IMG/VR virus record: IMGVR_UViG_3300026484_000486
Location: 1 to 43,136 of that record
Source of the DNA: a virus
Taxonomy: Duplodnaviria; Caudoviricetes
Reading direction: 5' to 3' (one strand)
Length of the DNA: 43,136 nt
The notes beneath the pieces are model-generated. The model had not been told where the DNA came from. It searched no databases and was given only the letters and a program-made list of their open reading frames with translations. Below, piece by piece: positions 1 to 8,859 of this stretch (the stretch's first letter is position 1; every line of letters starts with the position of its first letter). The translations under genes were made by a program, and so were the position numbers.

Positions 1-445
1 GGTCTGATATGTAGAGCTCATTATCAACATACTTGTAGTAATGTTTAGGAATGTAAACAAGTACACTTCCGTTTGCATCTGTATAGTTTCCATAGTTTGG
101 AGATGCTATATCATTGTGACCGCTCATTCCAACCCATCCAGATGGAAGCAAATCAGCAGGGCATGTAGCCACCCCGAATCCTATCTCTCCAGGAGTGCCA
201 ATACTAAAAATCTTGTCATTTGTAAGTGCTGTTGAAGATTCAAGTGCTTTTAAAACATATGCAATCTCTTTTGCACTACTTGTTGCACTAAGTTCATTTA
301 CTTTTGTGTTTATTGCACTAGAGAAAGTACTGCCAAGCTGTCCACTGTCCGCTAAACTCTTTACGAGATAACTCACATCTTCTAATGAAGACGCGCTGTT
401 AATAAGCTCTAATGAACGTTCTTTTAATGTCTGTGTAGTTGTCAT
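1..445 (-). CDS. Tail fibre / receptor-binding-like protein, N-terminal part (runs off the window start)
   Basis: Not in the ORF track. Manual translation from ATG at 445 (RBS AAGGAA) is open to the window edge: MTTTQTLKERSLELINSASS...GTPGEIGFGVATCPADLLPSGWVGMSGHNDIASPNYGNYTDANGSVLVYIPKHYY. It follows the fibre gene 460..1296. Confidence 0.6.
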   Translation of the reverse strand, partial: MTTTQTLKERSLELINSASSLEDVSYLVKSLADSGQLGSTFSSAINTKVNELSATSSAKEIAYVLKALESSTALTNDKIFSIGTPGEIGFGVATCPADLLPSGWVGMSGHNDIASPNYGNYTDANGSVLVYIPKHYYKYVDNELYISD

Positions 446-459
446 TTATTATTCCTTTT

Positions 460-1296
460 TTAAAAATTGAAACCGAGAAAATTTTCAATACAGTTTGTTT
501 TTAGTGTAAGTGCGGTATCAATTTGTGCTTTGTCATATGCTTCATTTGCAAGACCACTTCCTATGGTATGTAAAATTTTAGAAGCATCTACGCTTGCAGC
601 GCTGTCTGCTGCGTTAGCCTCGCTTGCCTTAGCATTAGATTCGCTTGCAGCTGCATTAGATTCAGAAGTTTTTGCACTATCCTCACTTATTTCTGCTGCA
701 CTTGCACTTGAAGCTGCTGCATTAGCTTGATTGACAGCATCTAAGACAGCACTCATATTCCCGCTTACATTAACGATATCGCTTAATTTTGCAAATATTG
801 CATCTAATGTATCTTTGTTTGTATAGAGACTATCAAGTATATTTTTGTCAGCAAACAAAGAATCAAGTGTTGCTTTATCTGCAAACAAAGAATCAAGTAT
901 TACTTTATCTGCAAACAAAGAATCAAGTATTACTTTATCTGCAAACAAAGAATCAAGTGTTACTTTATCTGCAAACAAAGAATCAAGTGTTACTTTATCT
1001 GCAAACAAAGAATCAAGTATTACTTTGTCTGCAAACAAAGAATCAAGTATTACTTTATCTGCAAACAAAGAATCAAGTGTTACTTTATCTGCAAACAAAG
1101 AATCAAGTGTTACTTTATCTGCAAACAAAGAATCAAGTGTTGTTTTATCCGCATAAAGGCTATCGAGTACTGTTTTGTCATTTGCAAGTGAAACCATCTC
1201 TGCTTGTATTGGTTCTAAGATAGTTACCGCATCTATTGATGTTATAATGCTGTTCATTTTTGCATATATTTCGTTGACTTGTATTATAAAACTCAT
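460..1296 (-). CDS. Tail fibre shaft-like protein with 10-aa tandem repeats (DKVT/ILDSLFA) and an Ala/Ser-rich segment
   Basis: About 12-13 decapeptide repeats followed by AAASSASAAEISEDSAKTSESNAAASESNAKASEANAA, typical of phage side-tail-fibre stalks. Confidence 0.65.
   Translation of the reverse strand: MSFIIQVNEIYAKMNSIITSIDAVTILEPIQAEMVSLANDKTVLDSLYADKTTLDSLFADKVTLDSLFADKVTLDSLFADKVILDSLFADKVILDSLFADKVTLDSLFADKVTLDSLFADKVILDSLFADKVILDSLFADKATLDSLFADKNILDSLYTNKDTLDAIFAKLSDIVNVSGNMSAVLDAVNQANAAASSASAAEISEDSAKTSESNAAASESNAKASEANAADSAASVDASKILHTIGSGLANEAYDKAQIDTALTLKTNCIENFLGFNF
851..1150. repeat. 30-bp tandem repeat, 10 near-identical units (GCAAACAAAGAATCAAGTRTTRCTTTRTCT), with degenerate units at 791-850 and 1151-1180
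   Basis: Directly visible in the sequence. Confidence 0.97.
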
Positions 1297-1823
1297 TGTA
1301 TATCCCCTGTTTGTAATGTAGATAAATATGCATCCATAAGACGGATAACATCTATTGTTGAAGTTGTAGAGATTACATTGTCGGCATAGTATTCATAGAG
1401 AGTGACGACATCCTGTTCTCTTACATTAAAATGTGCATTACCACCGCTAAAATAGACATCAAGTTTTTTAAGAAATGAATTTTCTAATTTTTTTGTATAT
1501 TTATTGATGATAGATGCAACACATCCAAATTGAAGAAGTGAGTATAAATCATGGGGTGCAGAACTCGAATCAGACAACCGCAACTCAAAATTATAATAAA
1601 TACCATTTTCAAGCGTTATTTTGTAGTGAGATAATACATCCATTGCCTCATTTTCAAGAAGTGTTTTACTAAATACAGTATTTGATAGTGTTATAGTCTC
1701 ATCGACACCATAACCGTCACTTGCACGTGTGCATAAGTTTCCCATACTGTCAACAAGTTCTAGTTTTATAACATCGCCGACATTAAGACCGATTAATGAT
1801 ATACCTAGAGTAACATCTCTCAA
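1293..1823 (-). CDS. Hypothetical virion/tail-associated protein (176 aa)
   Basis: ORF with TTG start and GAGGTG RBS; first gene behind the promoter at 1851-1898; overlaps the next gene by 4 nt. Confidence 0.6.
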   Translation of the reverse strand: MRDVTLGISLIGLNVGDVIKLELVDSMGNLCTRASDGYGVDETITLSNTVFSKTLLENEAMDVLSHYKITLENGIYYNFELRLSDSSSAPHDLYSLLQFGCVASIINKYTKKLENSFLKKLDVYFSGGNAHFNVREQDVVTLYEYYADNVISTTSTIDVIRLMDAYLSTLQTGDIQ

Positions 1824-1850
1824 AAAAACACCTCTTCAAATTATTAAAAA

Positions 1851-1898
1851 AGTGTAGCTGTTTTTAAAGCGTTAACTATACGCTCTAAAGAGGAGTTT
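1851..1898 (-). promoter_or_regulatory. Phage promoter motif copy 1: TTTAGAGCGTATAGTTAA-N13-GC-TACACT
   Basis: Same motif with the same 13-nt spacing to a -10-like hexamer at 31492-31541, 38331-38379 and 11081-11116. Confidence 0.75.
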
Positions 1899-3449
1899 TC
1901 ACACTCTCCATTTTGCCCTTGGATGTCCTCTGTTCGTTCTGTCTGCTATATTCACAGTTTTTGATTCTCTTTTTACTCTTGGACTTACAAAAGCATTGAT
2001 AACAACATTTGCTATGGTTTCTATGCAGTCATCCTGCTTTGAGTCCTTTTCTGGATGAAAACCAAGATATTCTTGCTTTACCTGTTGCTCTCCATCTGCA
2101 CCGACCAAAAATCGTATTTGATGATTTTTTAGATAAGTTATGCTCTGATCGATCTTCTGGTTTTTACTTATCTTTGTTTTTGGATTAAATAAAATAACTC
2201 TGTTTGTAATGATTGGTTTGCCGGATGATTTAAGCTTATAGTTTACTTTTTGTATCTCTTTTTTTAAGTATTGCTCCGTAATTATTCCGCCGCCACTACT
2301 CTCCATAAAAACAGGAACATTAGGATTTTCAAGCATAATCTGTATGATGTGAGTAATAAACTCCTCATTGCTCCACTTTCCAAACCATGTGCCATAAACA
2401 TTATAAAGATCTATCTTTTCACTGCTTAAACTCACTCCAACAAGACTTATAGCGCGATTGTCACTTGTCTCCTTAATACTCTGCGCAGGATCTATACTAA
2501 TACACTTATTATCTTCATCAATCTCCCATTTTGCAACACTTACAAAATCTTCACTGCTTACATACCCTGTTTCTATTGTTCTAGGATCTTGCATATATTG
2601 AGAATACCAGTCCTCTTTCATTACCACTTTTTGTCGTTCTAATTTTTCAACATCTTCAAAATAAGGATTAAGTGGTTCATTGGAAGCTCTTTCATAATGA
2701 AAATCAAAAAAATCATATACACGGGGTTCGCTCTCAATTCCTGTAAGATTTATATGTGTCCAAATGTCTGGCTCTTCATCAAGAAGATATCCGACAAGGT
2801 CATCTTCATGAAGTCGTTGCATTATGACAATAATAGCACTGTTTGGATCATCTTTTCGAAGCCGTGAAGAGATGCTTCCTCGATAAAAGTTCTTTACCAA
2901 GTCTCGTGTTGCTTTAGAATTCTTTTCTATCGCTTTCATCGGATCATCAATAATGACGACATTGCCATGAAAACCTGTAATACCACCACCAACAGTAGTA
3001 GAGAACATACCACCGTTAGATTCTAAATACCACTCTTTATCAGCTTTCTTTCTCCCTAAACTTACACCTTCAAACACTTTTTTATAAGCACTTGAAGTTA
3101 TAAGCTCTTTCACTTCTGCCGGTGTTTTTGTTGCTAAATCATCACTGTATGAAGTATATATAACTCTCTTTTTGGGCGCATTCCCTAAAAACCAAGATAC
3201 AAAAAGACGAACGGCAAATTCTGTCTTTCCATATGCAGGGGGCATATTTACAATAAGCCTAGTAACTTCTCCGCTTGCAACTTTCATTAAAGCATCACAT
3301 AAAAGTTTATGATACCAAGATTCCAAAAGAAGAGTTTCATACTCCTCCTCAAATATATATCGCCCATAATGCAACAAATCTTTTCTAGCCATAGCCAAAC
3401 GAATAGGCTCGGCTTTTTTCTTTGCAAGGGCTTTTTGTATCTCATTCAT
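1899..3449 (-). CDS. terL: Terminase large subunit
   Basis: Walker A region (VNMPPAYGKTE), Walker B (VVIIDDP), coupling motif (IMQRLHEDDL), nuclease motifs (SIDPA, KQDDCIE). Confidence 0.95.
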   Translation of the reverse strand: MNEIQKALAKKKAEPIRLAMARKDLLHYGRYIFEEEYETLLLESWYHKLLCDALMKVASGEVTRLIVNMPPAYGKTEFAVRLFVSWFLGNAPKKRVIYTSYSDDLATKTPAEVKELITSSAYKKVFEGVSLGRKKADKEWYLESNGGMFSTTVGGGITGFHGNVVIIDDPMKAIEKNSKATRDLVKNFYRGSISSRLRKDDPNSAIIVIMQRLHEDDLVGYLLDEEPDIWTHINLTGIESEPRVYDFFDFHYERASNEPLNPYFEDVEKLERQKVVMKEDWYSQYMQDPRTIETGYVSSEDFVSVAKWEIDEDNKCISIDPAQSIKETSDNRAISLVGVSLSSEKIDLYNVYGTWFGKWSNEEFITHIIQIMLENPNVPVFMESSGGGIITEQYLKKEIQKVNYKLKSSGKPIITNRVILFNPKTKISKNQKIDQSITYLKNHQIRFLVGADGEQQVKQEYLGFHPEKDSKQDDCIETIANVVINAFVSPRVKRESKTVNIADRTNRGHPRAKWRV

Positions 3450-3462
3450 TCTTTAACAAACC

Positions 3463-4023
3463 CTAAAATGGAATTTCATCTTCATCAACTTCCACTACAG
3501 GTATCTGGCTTCCATCTTGCTTTGTGTAACTCTGTTGTGTTTCTTGTTGAGCATAGCTGGCTTGTGCAGGAGCACTATTTTGCATATCTTGATTTTGCAT
3601 TTTTCTATATGGCTCCGCAACAACATTGTAAAGATGATTTTCATCTAGTTTTTTATCTGCATCAACACTGAAAAGTGTAAAGTAAATAGCCTCTTCTTGA
3701 ACAAAAGGATCAAATATCTTTGCTCTTTTATACGCTAAACCGTTTTCACTTACTGCATCTTTAATATTTCCGACAATAACAGAAGGCAAACTCTCTCCTC
3801 GATTACTTAAATTTGTCCAAATATGATAATCAGGATGATCCTCTTTACCTTGAACAGGCACACCACCTTGTGCTACTGTTTTTCCCTCGGGAAATTTTAT
3901 TTTATTAACAGATATAGTAAACTTCTTTCGCACTGTAATTGTTCTAATGTCTAAAGTAATCAAAGGAATTACATTCCCACCTTTTATATAACTGTCTTTA
4001 TAGACTCTTCCTATTTGTGCCAT
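3463..4023 (-). CDS. DUF736-like protein with SSB-type acidic C-terminal tail, putative ssDNA-binding protein
   Basis: HPDYHIW motif, Gln-rich linker, C-terminus VDEDEIPF; lies directly after the helicase. Confidence 0.6.
   Translation of the reverse strand: MAQIGRVYKDSYIKGGNVIPLITLDIRTITVRKKFTISVNKIKFPEGKTVAQGGVPVQGKEDHPDYHIWTNLSNRGESLPSVIVGNIKDAVSENGLAYKRAKIFDPFVQEEAIYFTLFSVDADKKLDENHLYNVVAEPYRKMQNQDMQNSAPAQASYAQQETQQSYTKQDGSQIPVVEVDEDEIPF
3880..3894 (-). other. Candidate parS site 1 (TTTCCCGAGGGAAAA on the sense strand)
   Basis: Exact 15-mer found five times in the window. Confidence 0.7.
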
Positions 4024-4105
4024 CTTATTTTTCTCCTTTTTCTAATCTAGCTTTTCTTTTTTTTCTTAGCTTTTTTTTCTCACTTGCTCTCATGTCTTCA
4101 TATCC

Positions 4106-5446
4106 TTACATAAACTCAGGCATCTCAAACGATGCAGGTTCATCGTTTGGTATCTCTTCATAGACTGTCTCTATGACTTTCACCGGAGGTTTTCTAAATT
4201 TGTCTAACGGTTTTGCAGCATTACCGTGTTCATCAACTTCTACTCTATAAAAATCACTTGTCTGTGGAACAAACATCAATGTTTGAGCAGGATGCTTGTG
4301 CGTATCTTTGTTTTTATTCCATATTACAGTACGCATCTCATCCTGTGGATCTTTTGGCTTAGCTTTGCTAAGATGGAACCAAACATATGCCTCATGGTCT
4401 GCATTCATACTTCCCTTCACGCTTATCATGCTTGATTTCAAATCCTCTTTTGAACTCTGTACTACAACAATAATTGGAATTTTTAACTCCTTAGATAATT
4501 TTCCAAGTTTTGAAAAAGTCTCACTAATTCGTCTCTCATCTGTTTTAAGATCAGGGTTGTTATTTGTCATACGCATCATAGAGTCAAGTGCTACAAGTTT
4601 TATATCGTGGAGCTTATGTTGTAATCGAATCTCTGCCATAATTGCATTTATCTCATAAACATCATCAAAAGTATAAATATTGTCAATGTTCCCATCAAAA
4701 TTACCATCTTCTTGCTGCTGCTCTACATTCTCATCATAAAGATCTTGCCCAAACTCCATACTTCCAAACATTACAGGATGTTCACGGCTCACATTTTCTA
4801 TAAGTCGTGTAAGAACAAAAGTTTTCCCACTCTGCTTAAGACCGCTAATAAAAAATAACCCCTCGTTTCGAATGCCTTTGTTCCCGTGCTTATCTGTCAA
4901 TACAGTGTCTATAAAAGGTATATGTGTTTTTATTCTCTGTACAGGTGGTAATGCTTTTCGAAGTTTTCTTACATCGCTAAGTCGTTTTGTAGATGACGAG
5001 TTGTTAAGACTGACTTGTTTGTCTATAGCGTTTTGTATCATCTGTTGTACAGCATCGGAACCTACGCTTGAATCTTGCAGCATTGTTGTAATGTCTGTGC
5101 TCAGTGCTTGCAACATTTTTTTATGATAATCTTCTCTTAAAAGTGCAATATGCTCTAAAAGAACACTTTGTGAAACTTCTTTTTCAGACATAACCCTTAA
5201 AAGAAGATCTTCAGGATGTGAAACATTGGCTTTTTTCATATACTGCAAAACAGTACTGTCATCAAAGCCAATATCACCATCATAGAGCAATTTCATAACA
5301 TCAAACATGCTCTGTTGTGCAGCATCTTCAAAAAGCTCACGGGACACGCCACTAGCCATTACGGCATTGATATCAATCGTATTAAAATCATTTGCCGTAA
5401 GAATGCTTCCAAGAACAAGCAAGCGAATCTGTTCTAAATTATTCAC
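4106..5446 (-). CDS. DnaB-like replicative helicase
   Basis: N-terminal DnaB-like helical domain (EQIRLLVLGSIL...LF...QQSMF), Walker A SGLKQSGKT, SMEF, VALDSM, LSKELKIPIIVVVQ. Confidence 0.85.
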   Translation of the reverse strand: MNNLEQIRLLVLGSILTANDFNTIDINAVMASGVSRELFEDAAQQSMFDVMKLLYDGDIGFDDSTVLQYMKKANVSHPEDLLLRVMSEKEVSQSVLLEHIALLREDYHKKMLQALSTDITTMLQDSSVGSDAVQQMIQNAIDKQVSLNNSSSTKRLSDVRKLRKALPPVQRIKTHIPFIDTVLTDKHGNKGIRNEGLFFISGLKQSGKTFVLTRLIENVSREHPVMFGSMEFGQDLYDENVEQQQEDGNFDGNIDNIYTFDDVYEINAIMAEIRLQHKLHDIKLVALDSMMRMTNNNPDLKTDERRISETFSKLGKLSKELKIPIIVVVQSSKEDLKSSMISVKGSMNADHEAYVWFHLSKAKPKDPQDEMRTVIWNKNKDTHKHPAQTLMFVPQTSDFYRVEVDEHGNAAKPLDKFRKPPVKVIETVYEEIPNDEPASFEMPEFM

Positions 5447-5636
5447 AAATCATCCCTTCTGCCTCAAAGCTGTGTCGCTCTAGCCATTCATAAATTTTCT
5501 TACGAGAATAAAATATAAAACCACCTATCTTGGAGTATGGTATTGTTTTTTCGCTTCTGTATTTTGCCTGTGTGCTTTGTGCTATTCCAAACTCTTCTTC
5601 AAGAGTTTTTGTATTGAGCCAGTTCCCGTCTTTCAT
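5439..5636 (-). CDS. Small HTH_17/excisionase-like DNA-binding protein
   Basis: WLNTKTLEEEFGIAQSTQAKYRSEKTIPYSKIGGFIFYSRKKIYEWL has the MerR/Xis-type winged-HTH pattern. Confidence 0.8.
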   Translation of the reverse strand: MKDGNWLNTKTLEEEFGIAQSTQAKYRSEKTIPYSKIGGFIFYSRKKIYEWLERHSFEAEGMICE

Positions 5637-6076
5637 TAGTAAAACCCCACTTTCAAATCAGCTATTAATTTACAATGTACAAGATTGTCAGCATCTTGCA
5701 TATTTGCCAAGAATGGTTGATACTTCATCATAAGCTCTTTAACATCTTGTTCAAGCTTGATAAAGTGCATCCCTTTGATGGTTATATATTCAAACCACTC
5801 TTCACCTATATTTTTCATAAACTCTATGCGGTTTAAAAATATCTCTTTACGAACACTCAATGTATCGGCAAGTTCACCGACTGGAACATAATTGTCAAGA
5901 TTTGTAACTTTTTGTTTAACACTCTCGTCTAAAATATCCTTGTATATATATGAATTATGACGAATAACAAATACCTTTTCCGGATATTGTTTTTTTAAAC
6001 ACTCAGAACTCCATTCCAAACCATCTATATCATCAATCTCTTTTAATAAAACCAAACCATCAAGCATTCGTATCAT
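5636..6076 (-). CDS. Hypothetical protein, possible HTH-containing regulator
   Basis: 146-aa ORF translationally coupled to its neighbours; YVPVGELADTLSVRKEIF resembles an HTH. Confidence 0.55.
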   Translation of the reverse strand: MIRMLDGLVLLKEIDDIDGLEWSSECLKKQYPEKVFVIRHNSYIYKDILDESVKQKVTNLDNYVPVGELADTLSVRKEIFLNRIEFMKNIGEEWFEYITIKGMHFIKLEQDVKELMMKYQPFLANMQDADNLVHCKLIADLKVGFY

Positions 6077-6702
6077 CCGTAAAGTCCTCTCATTCCATTT
6101 TCGCCGTCATTTGCATGAAACTTTTTGTAATTTCTGCACCAAGTCGAATAAGCACTTAACCAATTCGCAAAAGCATTACCATTTTTCACATGATGTTCTA
6201 TAAAAATATCAAACTCACTAAATGGAACGCTGTGTTTTTCACTCATCTCTTTTGCTCTTGATTTTAATATTACAAGATATTCGTCTTTAAGATTTTCAAA
6301 ACGAACTTTTTTAGTAAGTGTCAGTATTGGTTTTTTTCTATTTTTTTGTGGAGACTGTTTAATATTTGTTATTTCATTCTTTGAAAATGATGTAATGTAC
6401 TGAAGTGCTTTATCTGTGAAAATATATGCAGGATATTTATTATTATCATTCGATTTAATCAGTGCAGCGTCTTTAAGTTCTTTGATTGCTCTTGATAATG
6501 TTCTTTTGCTTTTTATAAAATATGGAATTTGATTCATTACCATATTTTGATAAAGAATAGTATATCTCTCATCTTCGATAATCGTCTGTTCAATGTATGG
6601 AAGAGACATAAGTTGTTTAAATGTCTCAAACACTATGAGAGCATTTCCACTTATGTTTTCTTCTTTTGCCATTTTTTGATTAAGATAAAGATTATAGAGC
6701 AT
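6073..6702 (-). CDS. Putative replication initiator (winged-helix N-terminus); probable start at 6702 rather than 6765
   Basis: KSKRTLSRAIKELKDAALIK wHTH motif; C-terminal F...H...NG..FANWLSAYSTWCRN pattern of phage O-like initiators; position between Cro-like gene and helicase; ATG at 6702 overlaps the upstream gene end. Confidence 0.6.
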   Translation of the reverse strand: MLYNLYLNQKMAKEENISGNALIVFETFKQLMSLPYIEQTIIEDERYTILYQNMVMNQIPYFIKSKRTLSRAIKELKDAALIKSNDNNKYPAYIFTDKALQYITSFSKNEITNIKQSPQKNRKKPILTLTKKVRFENLKDEYLVILKSRAKEMSEKHSVPFSEFDIFIEHHVKNGNAFANWLSAYSTWCRNYKKFHANDGENGMRGLYG

Positions 6703-6928
6703 TACTATTTTTCGCCGCCATTTGCGTTTTTTTACTTCGTGTAGCAGATGCAATATAATCTTCAATATTCTTCTTTGTAAAACGAACGGATCCTCTTACT
6801 TTCAAATAATCAATAGCACCATCCATTACCAGTCTATCAACAGTCACGTAACTGACATTTAAAATTTTTGCAAGATCATCTTTTGTAACAGGAACTGCAA
6901 AACATTCCATTTTATGTTCATATTCCAT
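6692..6928 (-). CDS. Cro/excisionase-like HTH_17 protein
   Basis: TKDDLAKILNVSYVTVDRLVMDGAIDYLKVRGSVRF; first gene divergent from the CI-like repressor. Confidence 0.85.
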   Translation of the reverse strand: MEYEHKMECFAVPVTKDDLAKILNVSYVTVDRLVMDGAIDYLKVRGSVRFTKKNIEDYIASATRSKKTQMAAKNSNAL

Positions 6929-6980
6929 TTTAAGCCCTTTCCAACGCTGTTTTAGTTATAATTGATATATATAGTGTGTA

Positions 6981-7009
6981 ATTGTAGTACAAAAAAGGTA
7001 TAAAGTCAA
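6981..7009 (-). promoter_or_regulatory. Sigma70-type early lytic promoter TTGACT-N17-TACAAT
   Basis: The reverse complement of 6981-7009 is TTGACTTTATACCTTTTTTGTACTACAAT, upstream of the Cro-like gene. Confidence 0.75.
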
Positions 7010-7023
7010 GAAAAGGATTACAA

Positions 7024-7437
7024 ATGTTTGAATTCAATACGACAATGGAACGATTAAAGGAATACTTTGCAGTAAAAACTAACGCTGATGTGGCAAGGAA
7101 GCTCGGAATTGACTATAATCAAATAAAAGGGTGGAGCACAAGAAAAAAGGTTACAGTCGCTAATCTTCTTGAATATTTAAAAGATGAGCCAATAAATCTT
7201 ACTTGGCTAGTACACGGAAAAGGAAATATGCGAATAGGGGAGAGTGATGATATTTTAAATGCTATCACAAAAATTGAGCTTGCATTTGAAAAGGATATTG
7301 ATCCAAAAATAATAGAACGCATTAGTGAAGATGAAAAACTCCAAAAACTTCTCTCTCTTTTGGAATATGCTCCAAATGAATTTTTAGAGCAGATAATTAG
7401 CAGACTAGAAGAGTTTAAAAAACTATCTGAAATTTAA
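7024..7437 (+). CDS. CI-like repressor (Phage_CI_repr-type HTH, no S24 peptidase domain)
   Basis: MERLKEYFAVKTNADVARKLGIDYNQIKGWSTR...INLTWLVHGKGNM; divergent from the Cro-like gene. Confidence 0.85.
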   Translation: MFEFNTTMERLKEYFAVKTNADVARKLGIDYNQIKGWSTRKKVTVANLLEYLKDEPINLTWLVHGKGNMRIGESDDILNAITKIELAFEKDIDPKIIERISEDEKLQKLLSLLEYAPNEFLEQIISRLEEFKKLSEI

Positions 7438-8470
7438 AAAAGAGTGTTGCATATATATACTCTTTAAAAAAGAGTATAGGTATTATATATATACCCGCCA
7501 TTTTTACCTCTATAAATTTTACTCTATTGATGCCATTTTTACCTCGATAATGTAAAAATAAAAAAAATAAAAACTCGCCGTCATTTGAAATTTTTTAAAC
7601 GAAAAAATAAGCAATTCCAAAGATAGGCTTCGCCGTCATTTGAAAATTTTTTAGAAAAACACACTAAATAATGTGTTCAATTAATCTAAGAAATAAAGAA
7701 ATGTAAGGTTAATCTGATAACTTATTGTGCATATATCGCATATGTATGTTAGAGAGCAGCCCTGCTGGGGAATGTACCTCCCCCTCAATTTATCAGATTC
7801 AAAAATCAGAAAAATAAACACGCTGCATAAGAGTGCAATATAATTTTAATCCTCACGCAAGATCCTATAGATATCAATTAAAACAGACAAACCTTAAGCC
7901 ATAATCCATAAAAAACAGCCTTGAACCTTAAACACACACCAAAACTTAAACAAACAGCCCTAAACCTTAAACTAAACATATTAAAATAAATAAAAAAATA
8001 TGTTTTGACCACTGTGACCATTTTCCTTACATCAAGAAAACGATACACCTTTGCAGCAGATATAAAAGAAAATCCACTAAAAATAAAAGAAAGACCACCA
8101 AAACCAAAACCGAAAACTCCGAAAAAAATATAAAAAACCAAACTCACCCACCACTTCCTTCGTAAAAATGTGCATTTTCACGACTGTTCATCTCTCATAG
8201 CTTCAAGTTCAACTCTTTTATTTAATTGTTCATCTCTTTGATATTTAATATTTCATAAAAAACCGAAAAGTGTCAAAAAAACCTAAAAAAATTTCAAATG
8301 GCGGCGAGTTTTTTGGTGGTGGTGGAGTTGTGCAGATGGATGTCGAATTGCTTGAAAGTGGCTGTTTTAGGGCTTTTTGTTAAAAAAAGAGGCTCATATA
8401 AAGCCCTACAAGGACTTTTTATGCTTCAAGAGGTGTCTTAGTATTAGTTGAAGTGTTCTGTGCAATGTTT
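7438..8470. other. ~1 kb non-coding region, candidate replication origin/control region
   Basis: Direct repeats GCCATTTTTACCTC (7497, 7532), TCGCCGYCATTTG repeats, 27-bp inverted repeat (7570-7596 / 8285-8311), palindromes at 7456-7495, and a switch from A/C-rich to G/T-rich strand skew near 8200-8300. Confidence 0.55.
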
Positions 8471-8839
8471 TTAAAATTTAAGATTTTTATAGAACATTGT
8501 AGGATCTGTTTTGCCAACTGTATGATGTCCGTCAGTTGAACCTGTATGAGCTGATATTGAATTGTCTTTGTTGCTGCGTGAGCTTGTTCCTGTTGCAAAG
8601 CTGTTCCACTCTGCTATGGCATCATTGACAGCTCTTGTCTCTTTATTTGCTATAGCTCTATGCTTCCGTATAAAATCATCCATACAAGCTTTATATCTGT
8701 TTGCATCGGCATTATAATTGCGAACAGCTCTGTTGTCCGTAAATGACGTCGGCTTAATAGGTCTTGCACATTGAGGCTTTGGAATTTCTGCGTGGAGTGT
8801 TACTATTAGCAATAGTGAATACAGTGCGACTTTATTCAT
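8471..8839 (-). CDS. Exported protein with signal peptide and two Cys (moron/lysogenic conversion candidate)
   Basis: MNKVALYSLLLIVTLHA signal peptide; C..P.KP..F...Y..C...F...AI.EWN pattern. Confidence 0.7.
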   Translation of the reverse strand: MNKVALYSLLLIVTLHAEIPKPQCARPIKPTSFTDNRAVRNYNADANRYKACMDDFIRKHRAIANKETRAVNDAIAEWNSFATGTSSRSNKDNSISAHTGSTDGHHTVGKTDPTMFYKNLKF

Positions 8840-8859
8840 AATTTAGTCCTTTTTGTAAG

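Noticed and set aside
1-445. Diversity-generating retroelement target (fibre resembles tropism-type proteins)
   Set aside because: No reverse transcriptase and no TR/VR pair with adenine-specific mismatches seen in the window. The gene's 3' end is outside the window, so this is untestable here.
791-1180. CRISPR-like array
   Set aside because: Repeats are contiguous with no spacers and are in frame within a CDS.
467-1223. Plus-strand ORFs 467..730, 789..1223 and 845..1156 with repetitive peptides
   Set aside because: Shadow frames kept open by the 30-bp repeat and Ala/Ser codons of the real minus-strand gene; no RBS or operon context.
7878-8147. 89-aa Phe-rich ORF
   Set aside because: Low-complexity by-product of the A/C-skewed non-coding tract; no convincing RBS.
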